A stretch of DNA of 33,574 nt, from assembly GCA_910578745.1 (NCBI GenBank), contig CAJTSN010000007.1, forward strand, positions 2,855-36,428. The letters are read 5' to 3'. The position numbers were made by a program, and so were the translations under genes. The notes under the pieces were generated by a model, which was not told the origin of the DNA, searched no databases, and saw only the letters and a list, made by a program, of their open reading frames with translations. This DNA is from an uncultured Bacilli bacterium. GTDB taxonomy: Bacteria > Bacillota_I > Bacilli_A > RF39 > UBA660. Of this stretch, positions 1-8,365 are shown in pieces; position 1 is the first letter of the stretch, and every line of letters begins with the position of its first letter.

Positions 1-255
1 GATATGGAGTCTTTGAAACAGAAAATAGAAAAAGAAACATTAAAATTTCAAGTAAAAACTGGTGAACAAGAAAAAATGTTTGGAACGATTTCGGCCAAAC
101 AAATCAAAGAAGAATTGAGTAAATTAGGATACAACATTGATAAAACAAAAATAAAAATCGATCATCCAATAATGAGCTTAGGTATGCATACCGTTCAAAT
201 TGAATTACATAAAGAGGTTTTGGCCACTATAAAAATACATGTTCAAGGGAAGTGA
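1..255 (+). CDS. rplI: 50S ribosomal protein L9, C-terminal part (5' end lies left of the window)
   Basis: The frame is open from base 1. The tail GTISAKQIKEELSKLGYNIDKTKIKIDHPI...HKEVLATIKIHV looks like the L9 C-domain. It sits directly upstream of the replicative helicase, as in Bacillota rplI-dnaC operons. Confidence 0.85.
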   Translation, partial: DMESLKQKIEKETLKFQVKTGEQEKMFGTISAKQIKEELSKLGYNIDKTKIKIDHPIMSLGMHTVQIELHKEVLATIKIHVQGK

Positions 256-260
256 GTTCA

Positions 261-1598
261 ATGAATAAAGAGATGCCAAATGATATAGCCGCTGAACAAT
301 CTGTTATTGGGGCAATGTTCATGTCGAAAAGAGCCTGTGAAAAAGTCGTAGAAAGATTACATCCAGAATCTTTTTATCTTGAAAAACATACGAAAATATT
401 TAAAACGATTGCTAATTTAAAAGACCAAGGCACACCTATAGATATTACAATTGTAACGAATGAGTTAGAAAAAAACAAAGAATTAGCAAGTGTAGGTGGT
501 GTAGAATATTTAAGCGATATTATCACATCAGTACCTAGTGCTGCCAATGTTGAAGAATATATTAAAATCGTCGAGGAGAAGTATGTAAAACGAAGACTTA
601 TAGAAGTTGCCTTATCCATTGAAACAGATAGTTATAATTGGAATGACACCTTAGACGAACTTATTGATAAGTCCGAAAAAAATCTGATGAATATTAGCAA
701 AGTTCGTAGTGGATCCGAATTTCAAACGATTGCAGATGTATTATATCGTGCTCAATTGAATCTAGAAAAATTATCGCAAACAAAGGGAGAAATCACAGGA
801 ATACCGACAGGTTTTTATGATATTGATAAACTTACATCTGGTTTACATGAAAATGAACTCATTATTATTGCAGCTCGTCCTTCTATGGGAAAAACAGCTT
901 TTGCCCTTAATATTGCAACCAATATTGCGATTCACACGGATAAAACAGTTGCCTTATTTAACCTAGAAATGGGAGCCGACCAGCTGGCTTTTCGTATGCT
1001 TTCTAGTGTAGGACAAATTGATGGACCAAAACTGTCAGCAGGAAGATTAGAGCACAATGATTGGAAGCGTGTCAATGAAGCAATATCGAGATTAGCCGAT
1101 ACCAAGATATTTATTGATGATACTCCGGGAATTTCAATTGGTGAGATTCGCGCAAAATGTAGAAGATTAGCAAACGAAGAGAATTTGGGAATCGTAATCA
1201 TTGACTACCTACAATTAATCAGTGGTTCAAGTAAGACACAAGGAAATAGACAACTTGAAATATCTGAAATTTCTCGTTCATTAAAAACATTGGCAATGGA
1301 GTTAAAAATCCCAATTATCGCTTTAGCGCAACTTTCACGTAGTGTAGAATCACGTGATGATAAAAGACCGATTTTGAGTGATTTAAGAGAGTCAGGTTCT
1401 ATTGAACAAGATGCCGATATTGTTGCTTTTTTATACAGAGATGATTATTATAACAAAGATGCTGCGATTGATGAAGCGACAAGCAAAAGTGAATTTATTG
1501 TTCGGAAACATCGTAATGGTCCAACAAAAACGGTTGAATTGATATTTAAAAGAAACACGTCTACTTTTTTAAACTTTATTAATAAGGAGGAGCCATAA
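261..1598 (+). CDS. dnaB: Replicative DNA helicase DnaB (DnaC in Bacillus nomenclature)
   Basis: N-terminal AEQSVIGAMF motif, Walker A ARPSMGKTAFALN, Walker B IVIIDYLQL, and ALAQLSR/ESGSIEQDAD motifs. ATG 261 has an SD-like GGGAAG 8 nt upstream. The alternative GTG at 252 overlaps the rplI stop. Confidence 0.95.
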   Translation: MNKEMPNDIAAEQSVIGAMFMSKRACEKVVERLHPESFYLEKHTKIFKTIANLKDQGTPIDITIVTNELEKNKELASVGGVEYLSDIITSVPSAANVEEYIKIVEEKYVKRRLIEVALSIETDSYNWNDTLDELIDKSEKNLMNISKVRSGSEFQTIADVLYRAQLNLEKLSQTKGEITGIPTGFYDIDKLTSGLHENELIIIAARPSMGKTAFALNIATNIAIHTDKTVALFNLEMGADQLAFRMLSSVGQIDGPKLSAGRLEHNDWKRVNEAISRLADTKIFIDDTPGISIGEIRAKCRRLANEENLGIVIIDYLQLISGSSKTQGNRQLEISEISRSLKTLAMELKIPIIALAQLSRSVESRDDKRPILSDLRESGSIEQDADIVAFLYRDDYYNKDAAIDEATSKSEFIVRKHRNGPTKTVELIFKRNTSTFLNFINKEEP

Positions 1599-2362
1599 TG
1601 GAGGTCTGTGTACTTGCTAGTGGGTCTAAGGGAAATGTAACTTTAATTCAATCAGCGAAAGCGAATATTTTCATTGATTTAGGACCAACCTGTTTATATG
1701 TTGAAGAACGTTTAAAAGAGCTAGATATCGATCCAGAAAGTATCAAAGCAATTTTAATTACGCACACGCATTCTGATCATATAAAAGGACTTAAGGTATT
1801 CTTAAAAAAATATCATCCAACTGTATATGTAACGGAAAAGATGTTACTAGACTTGCAAAAGGAAATTCCCTCTTTTTCTTATCAATTAATTGAAGGAGAT
1901 TTTATGCTTGAAGATGTCTTTGTTCATGTGATTAAAACCTCTCATGATGCGAGTGATTCAAACGGATATATTGTCGAAGAAGGAGAAAACTCTGTGGTTT
2001 ATATGACAGATACAGGCTTTATTAATCGAAAATATTTCGATCTTCTAAAAAATAGAAGCGTCTATATTATGGAAAGCAATCATGATGTAGAAAAACTTTT
2101 AAAGGGAAGATATCCTTATCAATTAAGAAGAAGGGTTTTAAGTGATAGAGGTCACTTATCGAATATTGATTCTTCGAATTATTTAGCCCATTTTATTGGA
2201 AAAGATACGAAGAAAATTGTTCTAGCTCATTTAAGTGAAGAAAATAATACAAAAGAGCTAGCTCTCGCTACTTTATATGGTGTCTTTGAAGAACATAATA
2301 TCCATTTTGATCATGTGATTGTATCCGATCAATATGAAAAAACGGAGTTAATTCATTTATGA
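1598..2362 (+). CDS. MBL-fold metallo-hydrolase, YycJ/WalJ-like
   Basis: HTHSDH metal motif, LASGSKGN N-terminus, and a size of 254 aa typical of YycJ. The start overlaps the dnaB stop (TAATG) and AAGGAGG lies 6 nt upstream. Confidence 0.75.
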   Translation: MEVCVLASGSKGNVTLIQSAKANIFIDLGPTCLYVEERLKELDIDPESIKAILITHTHSDHIKGLKVFLKKYHPTVYVTEKMLLDLQKEIPSFSYQLIEGDFMLEDVFVHVIKTSHDASDSNGYIVEEGENSVVYMTDTGFINRKYFDLLKNRSVYIMESNHDVEKLLKGRYPYQLRRRVLSDRGHLSNIDSSNYLAHFIGKDTKKIVLAHLSEENNTKELALATLYGVFEEHNIHFDHVIVSDQYEKTELIHL

Positions 2363-2811
2363 TAAAAATCATTTGTGTTGGAAAAATAAAGGAGAAATTT
2401 TATAAAGATGCCTTATTGGAGTATCAAAAAAGACTTGGAAAATATACAAAATTAGAAATAATTGAAATACCAGATTTTTCTTTAACACCTTCTTATAACA
2501 GAGAAAAAGAAGGAGAACTTATATTAAAGCAAATAAAAGAAAAAGAGTATGTTATTCCTTTAGCAATAGATGGAACTCTACTCGATTCTATTACACTATC
2601 CCAAAAACTACAGACGATTAAAATGAGTGCTGGGACAGTTACCTTTGTTATAGGAGGATCTGATGGACTTAGTGAGGAAGTATTGAAGCGAGGAAACTTT
2701 TCTTTATCTTTTTCTAAGCTCACGTTCCCTCATCAATTGTTTCGAGTTTTGTTATTAGAACAACTCTATCGTTGTTTTAAAATAGAGAATGGAGAAACGT
2801 ATCATAAATAA
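2359..2811 (+). CDS. rlmH: 23S rRNA (pseudouridine1915-N3)-methyltransferase RlmH (SPOUT)
   Basis: 150 aa with C-terminal GGSDGLS...LTFPHQLFRVLLLEQLYRCFKI..GETYHK, characteristic of RlmH. ATGA overlap with the upstream gene. Confidence 0.9.
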   Translation: MIKIICVGKIKEKFYKDALLEYQKRLGKYTKLEIIEIPDFSLTPSYNREKEGELILKQIKEKEYVIPLAIDGTLLDSITLSQKLQTIKMSAGTVTFVIGGSDGLSEEVLKRGNFSLSFSKLTFPHQLFRVLLLEQLYRCFKIENGETYHK

Positions 2812-2845
2812 AAAATTCAAGCGTTAAAACTTGAACTTTTTTTTA
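2811..2845. terminator. Bidirectional intrinsic terminator between convergent rlmH and ldh
   Basis: Stem TTCAAG (2816-2821) pairs with CTTGAA (2830-2835) around an 8-nt loop. It is flanked by an A-run upstream and a T8 run downstream. Confidence 0.6.
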
Positions 2846-3754
2846 TTCATTCTCTAAAGAATCAATGGCTTCTTTCACATATTCAATAGAACTTCTTAAT
2901 TTTCTTTCTTCTTCTTCATTTAAATTGACAAACAATTTATTGGTTACGCCTTCTTTATTAATAATTGTTGGAAGGGAAATGAAAAGATTATTTTCTTTAT
3001 CATAAGATGAAACCGTAATAATGGTATTTTCATCATTTAAAATAGCACTCGTAATGCGAGCTAAACACATTCCGATACCGTAGTAGGTTGCTCCTTTTCG
3101 ATTAATAATCTCATAAGCTGCATTTCTTACCTCTTCTTCTATTTTTGAACAATCTTCTTTATCTAAAAATTCTTGAATATTTTTAAGACCAATGTTGACG
3201 TTACTCCAAGGAATAAACTCAGAATCTCCATGTTCCCCAATTACATATGCATGTACATTTTTAGGATTAATTTTTAGTCGATCTCCAATTAAAAAGCGTA
3301 AGCGAGCGGTATCTAAACTCGTTCCTGTTCCTATTATATGGCTTGTATCCAAACCAGAATATTTCCAAGTTAAATAGGTCATTACATCAAGTGGATTGGT
3401 TGCAATTAGAAAAATACCATTAAATCCAGATTGCATCACTTGACCCACAATATCTTTAAATATAGAACTATTTTTATGAATTAAATCCATTCGTGTTTCC
3501 CCGGGTTTTTGGTTTGCTCCTGCTGCGATACAAACGATAGCCGCATCCTTACAATCAGCATATTCTCCTGCTATAATTTTCATTTTGTTAGGGCCAAAAG
3601 CTAGACAATGGTTTAAATCCATAGCTTCTCCAATGGTTCTTTCTTTATCTAAATCAATTAACACAAGTTCATTCACACTATTTTTTTGATTTAAAAGAGC
3701 ATAGGCATAACTCATTCCAACATTGCCACATCCGACAATTACAACTTTATTCAT
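2843..3754 (-). CDS. ldh: L-lactate dehydrogenase
   Basis: MNKVVIVGCGNVGMSYAYAL Rossmann motif, GEHGDSE catalytic loop, and DTARLRF. I chose the internal ATG at 3754 (SD GGGTGA 6 nt upstream) over the 29-codon hydrophobic extension of the track ORF. Confidence 0.9.
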   Translation of the reverse strand: MNKVVIVGCGNVGMSYAYALLNQKNSVNELVLIDLDKERTIGEAMDLNHCLAFGPNKMKIIAGEYADCKDAAIVCIAAGANQKPGETRMDLIHKNSSIFKDIVGQVMQSGFNGIFLIATNPLDVMTYLTWKYSGLDTSHIIGTGTSLDTARLRFLIGDRLKINPKNVHAYVIGEHGDSEFIPWSNVNIGLKNIQEFLDKEDCSKIEEEVRNAAYEIINRKGATYYGIGMCLARITSAILNDENTIITVSSYDKENNLFISLPTIINKEGVTNKLFVNLNEEEERKLRSSIEYVKEAIDSLENE

Positions 3755-4126
3755 TCTATCACCCATTTTTATTATAACGAAAAAAGAGGAAAAAATTAAG
3801 TCAAAAATAAAAAAAGTGTAAAGTAAGAGATGCGGAAACAAAGAAGTGAGGCAAAGTTCAATAGGAGTGTCTCAAAAGCACATACCGCTATTACAAGTGA
3901 GTACATAGAGAATGCATCGATTTGTAGTATTATGGATATAAGGATTATACTAGTAAATTTATAAAATCAACGATGACTGTTAAAGGTGCAATACTATTAT
4001 GTGTGGTATCAAAAGGAAGATTTTTGACATTTCTCGTAAGCAAGCTTGGTCCTTGAAAGTATTGTTTGTGAATGAAAATTGTACATTATTTCGGATAAAT
4101 ACTTTACAAAATAGAAAAAAATATTA

Positions 4127-4156
4127 TTGACATTTTATAGAAGAATCCTCTATACT
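4127..4156 (+). promoter_or_regulatory. Candidate sigma-A-type promoter upstream of spoIIR
   Basis: TTGACA (4127-4132), an 18-nt spacer, then TATACT (4151-4156). spoIIR is sigma-F dependent in Bacillus, so the function here is uncertain. Confidence 0.3.
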
Positions 4157-4262
4157 TAAATCTAGGATAGAAAATAGGACATTGATACATATTAGAGAAA
4201 ATTAAAAAATTTTTGTATAAAATATTTTTATCGTCTCACTATGAAATAGGAGATGATTTTTT

Positions 4263-4793
4263 ATGAAACAAATTGTAATACTTTCAATACTTATTTTATT
4301 TTTTGTAGGAGGCGTTTATCGGGTAAAATCAGAGGATCTTTTAATTCCAAAAGAAGCAATTCGTTTACGTGTCGTTGCAAATTCAGATAAAGAAATTGAC
4401 CAGAAAACAAAATTTAAAGTAACGGATAGTATTCAAGATAAAATATATGAACTTTTGAAAAATACAACAGGAATTGATGAGGCGAGAAAAATTATCAATG
4501 ATAATATTGACTTACTTGATAAAGATGTGAAACGGGTTTTAACTGAAGAAAAATATCCACTTTCTTATGAATTAAAATATGGACTTAACTATTTTCCTGA
4601 AAAAAAATATAAGGGAGTCACTTATGAAGAAGGCTATTATGAATCCATTCTTGTTACTTTAGGAGAAGGCAAAGGAAAAAATTGGTGGTGTGTTCTTTTC
4701 CCTCCACTTTGTGTCATGGAAGCCGATGAAACAGATACGGATGAGAAAGAATATAAATTTTTTATTCAAGAATTGATTGAAAAATATTTATAA
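4263..4793 (+). CDS. spoIIR: Stage II sporulation protein R (forespore signal for pro-sigma-E processing)
   Basis: N-terminal signal anchor, IRLRVVANSD motif, and GEGKGKNWWCVLFPPLC motif typical of SpoIIR. SD GGAGATGA lies upstream. Confidence 0.8.
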   Translation: MKQIVILSILILFFVGGVYRVKSEDLLIPKEAIRLRVVANSDKEIDQKTKFKVTDSIQDKIYELLKNTTGIDEARKIINDNIDLLDKDVKRVLTEEKYPLSYELKYGLNYFPEKKYKGVTYEEGYYESILVTLGEGKGKNWWCVLFPPLCVMEADETDTDEKEYKFFIQELIEKYL

Positions 4794-4821
4794 ATTTCAT
4801 ATAATGTCCTATGGTGATATT

Positions 4822-5577
4822 ATGAAAAAGAGTGATATATATTTAAATGGCCCTATTTCTAAGGGTAAAGAACAAGGTTTAGAGGACATCGTAAATCAAG
4901 CCGTCAAAAAGGACATTCAAGTTCTTTCAATTCTTGATTGTATTGAAAAGACAGATGGCGTGTTGCGTACAACCTCCTCATGTAGAGATGCTCTAAAACA
5001 TAGAGCTGAAATTATGGAGCTACAAAGAATGAGAAATGAAATAACATTACTAAATGGGATTCAAGTTTCACAACCCTATGAAAGAGGAGAAGAATTCGAG
5101 TTCTATGCAAGCTTTCCTATGGATATGATTGTAGGAATAGTAGATGATTTTGATAAGGGATTGCAAAAAGAAGAAGAAATAAAAAAAGCTTATGATGATT
5201 ACTATTGTAAAAATCTGTATGCTGTTGAAAGTGGAAAAATTGATGTCTTGTCACATCTTGGTTTAATTCATACTTATTATGGCTATAGATACTGTAATGA
5301 TTCATTAATTGATACGTTGTTAAGAGAAATGATTCATCGAAATGTTTTATTGGAAATTACATCAGGTGTTCAAAGAAAAGATAACTTTTCTACATTTCCA
5401 TCTTATGATTTATTAAAACGATATAAAAAATTAGGTGGCGAAATGGTTACGATAGGGACTCATGCAAATGATATTCAAAATATAGGAAAAAATTTAGAAG
5501 AAACTTATCAAATTGCACATGACTTAGAATTGAATCCCGGTTATTTTCAAAAAAGAAAGTTCAAAAAAATACTATAA
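4822..5577 (+). CDS. PHP-domain (histidinol-phosphatase-like) protein with a degenerate N-terminal metal motif
   Basis: DVLSHLGLI and TIGTHAND resemble the central and C-terminal PHP/HisK motifs. The N-terminus reads SDIYLNG where D-x-H-x-H is expected. The start is uncertain (ATGs at 4777, 4804 and 4822). Confidence 0.4.
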   Translation: MKKSDIYLNGPISKGKEQGLEDIVNQAVKKDIQVLSILDCIEKTDGVLRTTSSCRDALKHRAEIMELQRMRNEITLLNGIQVSQPYERGEEFEFYASFPMDMIVGIVDDFDKGLQKEEEIKKAYDDYYCKNLYAVESGKIDVLSHLGLIHTYYGYRYCNDSLIDTLLREMIHRNVLLEITSGVQRKDNFSTFPSYDLLKRYKKLGGEMVTIGTHANDIQNIGKNLEETYQIAHDLELNPGYFQKRKFKKIL

Positions 5578-5580
5578 CTT

Positions 5581-5616
5581 GTCCTCCCATCATATACTAA
5601 GGTGGGAGGTCTTTTT
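5581..5616 (+). terminator. Intrinsic terminator whose 3' arm contains the mntP Shine-Dalgarno sequence
   Basis: CCTCCCA (5583-5589) pairs with TGGGAGG (5603-5609) around a 13-nt loop, followed by T5 (5612-5616). The mntP ATG follows immediately at 5617. Confidence 0.6.
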
Positions 5617-6150
5617 ATGGACTTAATCACGGTTATTTTAATTGCTGTTAGTTTAAGCATGGATGCTTTTAGTTTGTCTTTAGCTTATGGAACCCTTGGA
5701 CTTTCAAAGCGAGATATTTATTTACTATCTATTATAGTAGGGTTGTATCATTTCTTTATGCCTTTGATAGGAATGTATATAGGGTATTGGATACTAAAAG
5801 TAGTTCCTATTTCTCCAGATATCATTGTTTTGCTTGTACTTAGCATTATTGGTGTTCAAATGATCATTTCTTCTTTTAATGAAAATAGAGAGATCAAGAT
5901 AATGAATGTCATTGAACTTTTATTATTTGGTCTTGCCGTTAGCATAGATAGTTTTTCAGTAGGGTTAGGTCTTCGAAGTATTTATGAAATTCCAGTGGTA
6001 TGTTCTTTGATTTTTATGGGTTCTAGTGGTTTATTTACTTACCTAGGATTAAAATTAGGAAAAACAATTAATCATAAATTAGGAAAAACAGCCACCTTAT
6101 TTGGAGGAATGATGTTGATTTTAATTGGTATATTTTACCTATTTAAATGA
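5617..6150 (+). CDS. mntP: Manganese efflux pump MntP family (DUF204)
   Basis: MDLITVILIAVSLSMDAFSLSLAYG and a second AVSIDSFSVGLGL repeat, about six TM helices, 177 aa. Confidence 0.8.
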   Translation: MDLITVILIAVSLSMDAFSLSLAYGTLGLSKRDIYLLSIIVGLYHFFMPLIGMYIGYWILKVVPISPDIIVLLVLSIIGVQMIISSFNENREIKIMNVIELLLFGLAVSIDSFSVGLGLRSIYEIPVVCSLIFMGSSGLFTYLGLKLGKTINHKLGKTATLFGGMMLILIGIFYLFK

Positions 6151-6208
6151 TTTGGTTAACGTTTTTCTTAAGATATGATATAATAATCCTAGGATAGGAG
6201 AGGATAGA

Positions 6209-7060
6209 GTGCTTGTAAATAGTAAAAAAATGTTAGAAGAGGCCAAAGAAGGGCATTATGCCATACCTCATTTTAATATTAATAATTTAGAATGGACAAG
6301 ATTTATTCTAGAAGAATGTGAAAAAGAAAAAAGCCCTGTGATTTTGGGTGTATCTGAGGGAGCAAGCAAATATATGGGAGGGTTTCAAGTTGTATCCAAT
6401 ATGGTAAAAGCTTTAGATGAAGCGCTTTCGATTACAGTTCCTGTATGTTTACATTTAGATCATGGAAGCAGTGTTTCAACATGCAAAGAGGCCATCGATA
6501 GTGGATTTACTTCTGTTATGATTGATGCATCAAAGTATTCTTTAGAAGAAAATATAAAAATAACAAAAGAAGTTGTATCGTATGCCCATGAGAGAAATGT
6601 AACCGTCGAAGCAGAAATTGGGCATATTGGTGGGGAAGAAGATGGCGTCCTCGATGAACTTGCATATGCTAAAGTAGAAGATGCTTGTTTGTTAGCTAGT
6701 GAAACCGGGATTGATACCATTGCTCCCGCTTTAGGAAGTGTGCATGGTCCATATAAAGGGGAACCTAAATTAGATTTTGACAAAATGGCAGAAATTAAAG
6801 AACGTACCAATTTACCTCTTGTGTTACATGGAGGTTCAGGGATTGATGATGAAAAAATAAAAAAGGCAATTGATGTTGGTATTACTAAGTTAAATATTAA
6901 TACAGAATTACAAATGGAATGGACGAGTGCCGTAAGAAAATTTTTAGAGGAGAACAAAACCGTATATGATCCACGGAAAGTAATCAAAGCGGGAGAAGAA
7001 CAAATGAAAAAAGCGATATGTGCGAAAATTCATTTGTTAGCTAGTAATCAAAAAGCATAA
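6209..7060 (+). CDS. fba: Class II fructose-1,6-bisphosphate aldolase
   Basis: HFNINNLEW, LHLDHG, GHIGGEEDG and VLHGGSG motifs. GTG start with GGAGAGGA upstream. An extended -10 (TGATATAAT) lies at 6176-6184. Confidence 0.9.
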   Translation: MLVNSKKMLEEAKEGHYAIPHFNINNLEWTRFILEECEKEKSPVILGVSEGASKYMGGFQVVSNMVKALDEALSITVPVCLHLDHGSSVSTCKEAIDSGFTSVMIDASKYSLEENIKITKEVVSYAHERNVTVEAEIGHIGGEEDGVLDELAYAKVEDACLLASETGIDTIAPALGSVHGPYKGEPKLDFDKMAEIKERTNLPLVLHGGSGIDDEKIKKAIDVGITKLNINTELQMEWTSAVRKFLEENKTVYDPRKVIKAGEEQMKKAICAKIHLLASNQKA

Positions 7061-7071
7061 CAGGAGGTTTT

Positions 7072-8328
7072 ATGAAACAAATGATATTGGAGGGAGGCCA
7101 CAAATTAACAGGGGTAATTGAAATTAGTGGTTCTAAAAATAGTGCTGTTGCCTTAGTACCTGCCTCTCTTCTTACAAATGGAATTATTGAACTTGACAAT
7201 GTTCCAGAAATTTCAGATATAGATGCCCTAATAGAAATACTTGTATTTTTAGGTGCAAAAGTGATTAGAAAAGATAAATCAATGAAAATTGATTGTACCA
7301 ATGTACAAAATAAAGAAATACCAGAACAAATTTCAAAGCGCCTTCGAGCATCTTATTATTTTATGGGTGCATTACTTGGAAAATATAAACATGTAGAAAT
7401 GTATTTTCCGGGAGGTTGTTCGATTGGAAAAAGGCCAATTAATTTTCATTTAGAGGGTTTTGAAAAATTAGGTGCAAAAGTCACAGTAGAAGGAAATAAA
7501 TATATCGTAAAGGCCGATGAATTAATTGGAAATGACATTTATTTTGATATTGCAAGTGTTGGGGCTACCATTAATATTATGCTAGCAGCTACTTATGCAA
7601 AGGGTGTAACAACGATTCATAATGCTGCTAAAGAACCCCATGTGGTTAATGTTGCGGAATTATTAAACAAAATGGGTGCGAAAGTAACAGGTGCTGGAAG
7701 TAACGAAATTCAAATCGAAGGGGTGAGTACCTTAGGAAATGCCCAAATAAAAGTAGTTCCTGATTATATTGAAGCAGGTACTTATGTCATTGCAGGCGCC
7801 TTATGTGCTGATCATTTGAAAGTAAGAAATTTAGTACCAGAGCACATTGTCTCTTTAACAAAAAAATTAGAAGAAATGGGTGCGAAGTTAGAAATAGGAG
7901 AAGATTATATTTGTATTCAAAGTGTTGAACACTACCAACCTACGGATATAAAAACAGATGTATTTCCCGGGTTTCCCACGGATTTACAACAACCGTTTAC
8001 ACCACTTTTGGCTTTAGCGCATGGGACGTCTACTATAAATGAAACGATTTTTGAAAATCGTTATATGCATGTTCCTTATTTACAGGAAATGGGTTGCAAA
8101 ATAAAAGTGCTTGATAAGGTAGCCCAGATAGAAGGACCAACCATTTTTCATGCTAGGCATGTTGTAGCGACCGATTTACGTGCGGGAGCTTCTCTCATTC
8201 TAGCTGGCCTAGTTGCTGAGGGAGTAACAACGATTGAAGGAATTGAGCATGTTTTAAGAGGATATGAAAATATTGTTGAGAAATTGATACATGTAGGTGC
8301 TAAAATAAGTATACAAGAAATAGAATAA
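7072..8328 (+). CDS. murA: UDP-N-acetylglucosamine 1-carboxyvinyltransferase
   Basis: GSKNSAVALV, GGCSIGKRPIN (catalytic Cys), and LRAGASLILAGL. 418 aa. Starts 11 nt after fba, so it is likely an operon. Confidence 0.95.
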   Translation: MKQMILEGGHKLTGVIEISGSKNSAVALVPASLLTNGIIELDNVPEISDIDALIEILVFLGAKVIRKDKSMKIDCTNVQNKEIPEQISKRLRASYYFMGALLGKYKHVEMYFPGGCSIGKRPINFHLEGFEKLGAKVTVEGNKYIVKADELIGNDIYFDIASVGATINIMLAATYAKGVTTIHNAAKEPHVVNVAELLNKMGAKVTGAGSNEIQIEGVSTLGNAQIKVVPDYIEAGTYVIAGALCADHLKVRNLVPEHIVSLTKKLEEMGAKLEIGEDYICIQSVEHYQPTDIKTDVFPGFPTDLQQPFTPLLALAHGTSTINETIFENRYMHVPYLQEMGCKIKVLDKVAQIEGPTIFHARHVVATDLRAGASLILAGLVAEGVTTIEGIEHVLRGYENIVEKLIHVGAKISIQEIE

Positions 8329-8330
8329 AA

Positions 8331-8353
8331 GTAGATAGTAATCTACTTTTTTT
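8331..8353 (+). terminator. Intrinsic terminator after murA
   Basis: GTAGAT (8331-8336), loop AGTA, ATCTAC (8341-8346), then T7. Confidence 0.65.
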
Positions 8354-8365
8354 GTGAGGTGTTTT

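Noticed and set aside
374-1201. Minus-strand ORFs 374..619 and 932..1201 inside dnaB
   Set aside because: They are antisense shadow ORFs within a confidently identified gene. They are low-complexity and hydrophobic, have no SD and resemble no known family.
3755-3841. A 29-codon N-terminal extension of the ldh ORF (MFPHLLLYTFF...)
   Set aside because: The canonical LDH N-terminus MNKVVIVGCGNVG starts at the internal ATG 3754, which has a well-spaced GGGTGA SD. The extension has no homology logic.
4025-4033. A third copy of TGACATTTC, identical to one half of the LytTR-type repeat, in the ldh/spoIIR spacer
   Set aside because: There is no recognisable partner half-site 21 bp upstream or downstream. 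A single 9-mer match in 33 kb of AT-rich DNA is plausibly chance.
4066-4085. Rex-box-like TTGTGAA-n6-TTGTACA upstream of ldh
   Set aside because: The right half is not the inverted complement (TTCACAA) required for a Rex operator, and it lies over 300 bp from the ldh start.
5350-5616. Possible yybP-ykoY manganese riboswitch in front of mntP
   Set aside because: I could not find the conserved GGGGAGTAG or TTGACATA-type cores. The region is occupied by the 3' end of the upstream CDS, and only the terminator-like hairpin is present.
6460-7301. Minus-strand ORFs 6460..6987 and 7041..7301
   Set aside because: They are antisense to fba and murA. Their composition is typical of shadow frames (Ser/Ile/Phe-rich) and they have no translation signals.
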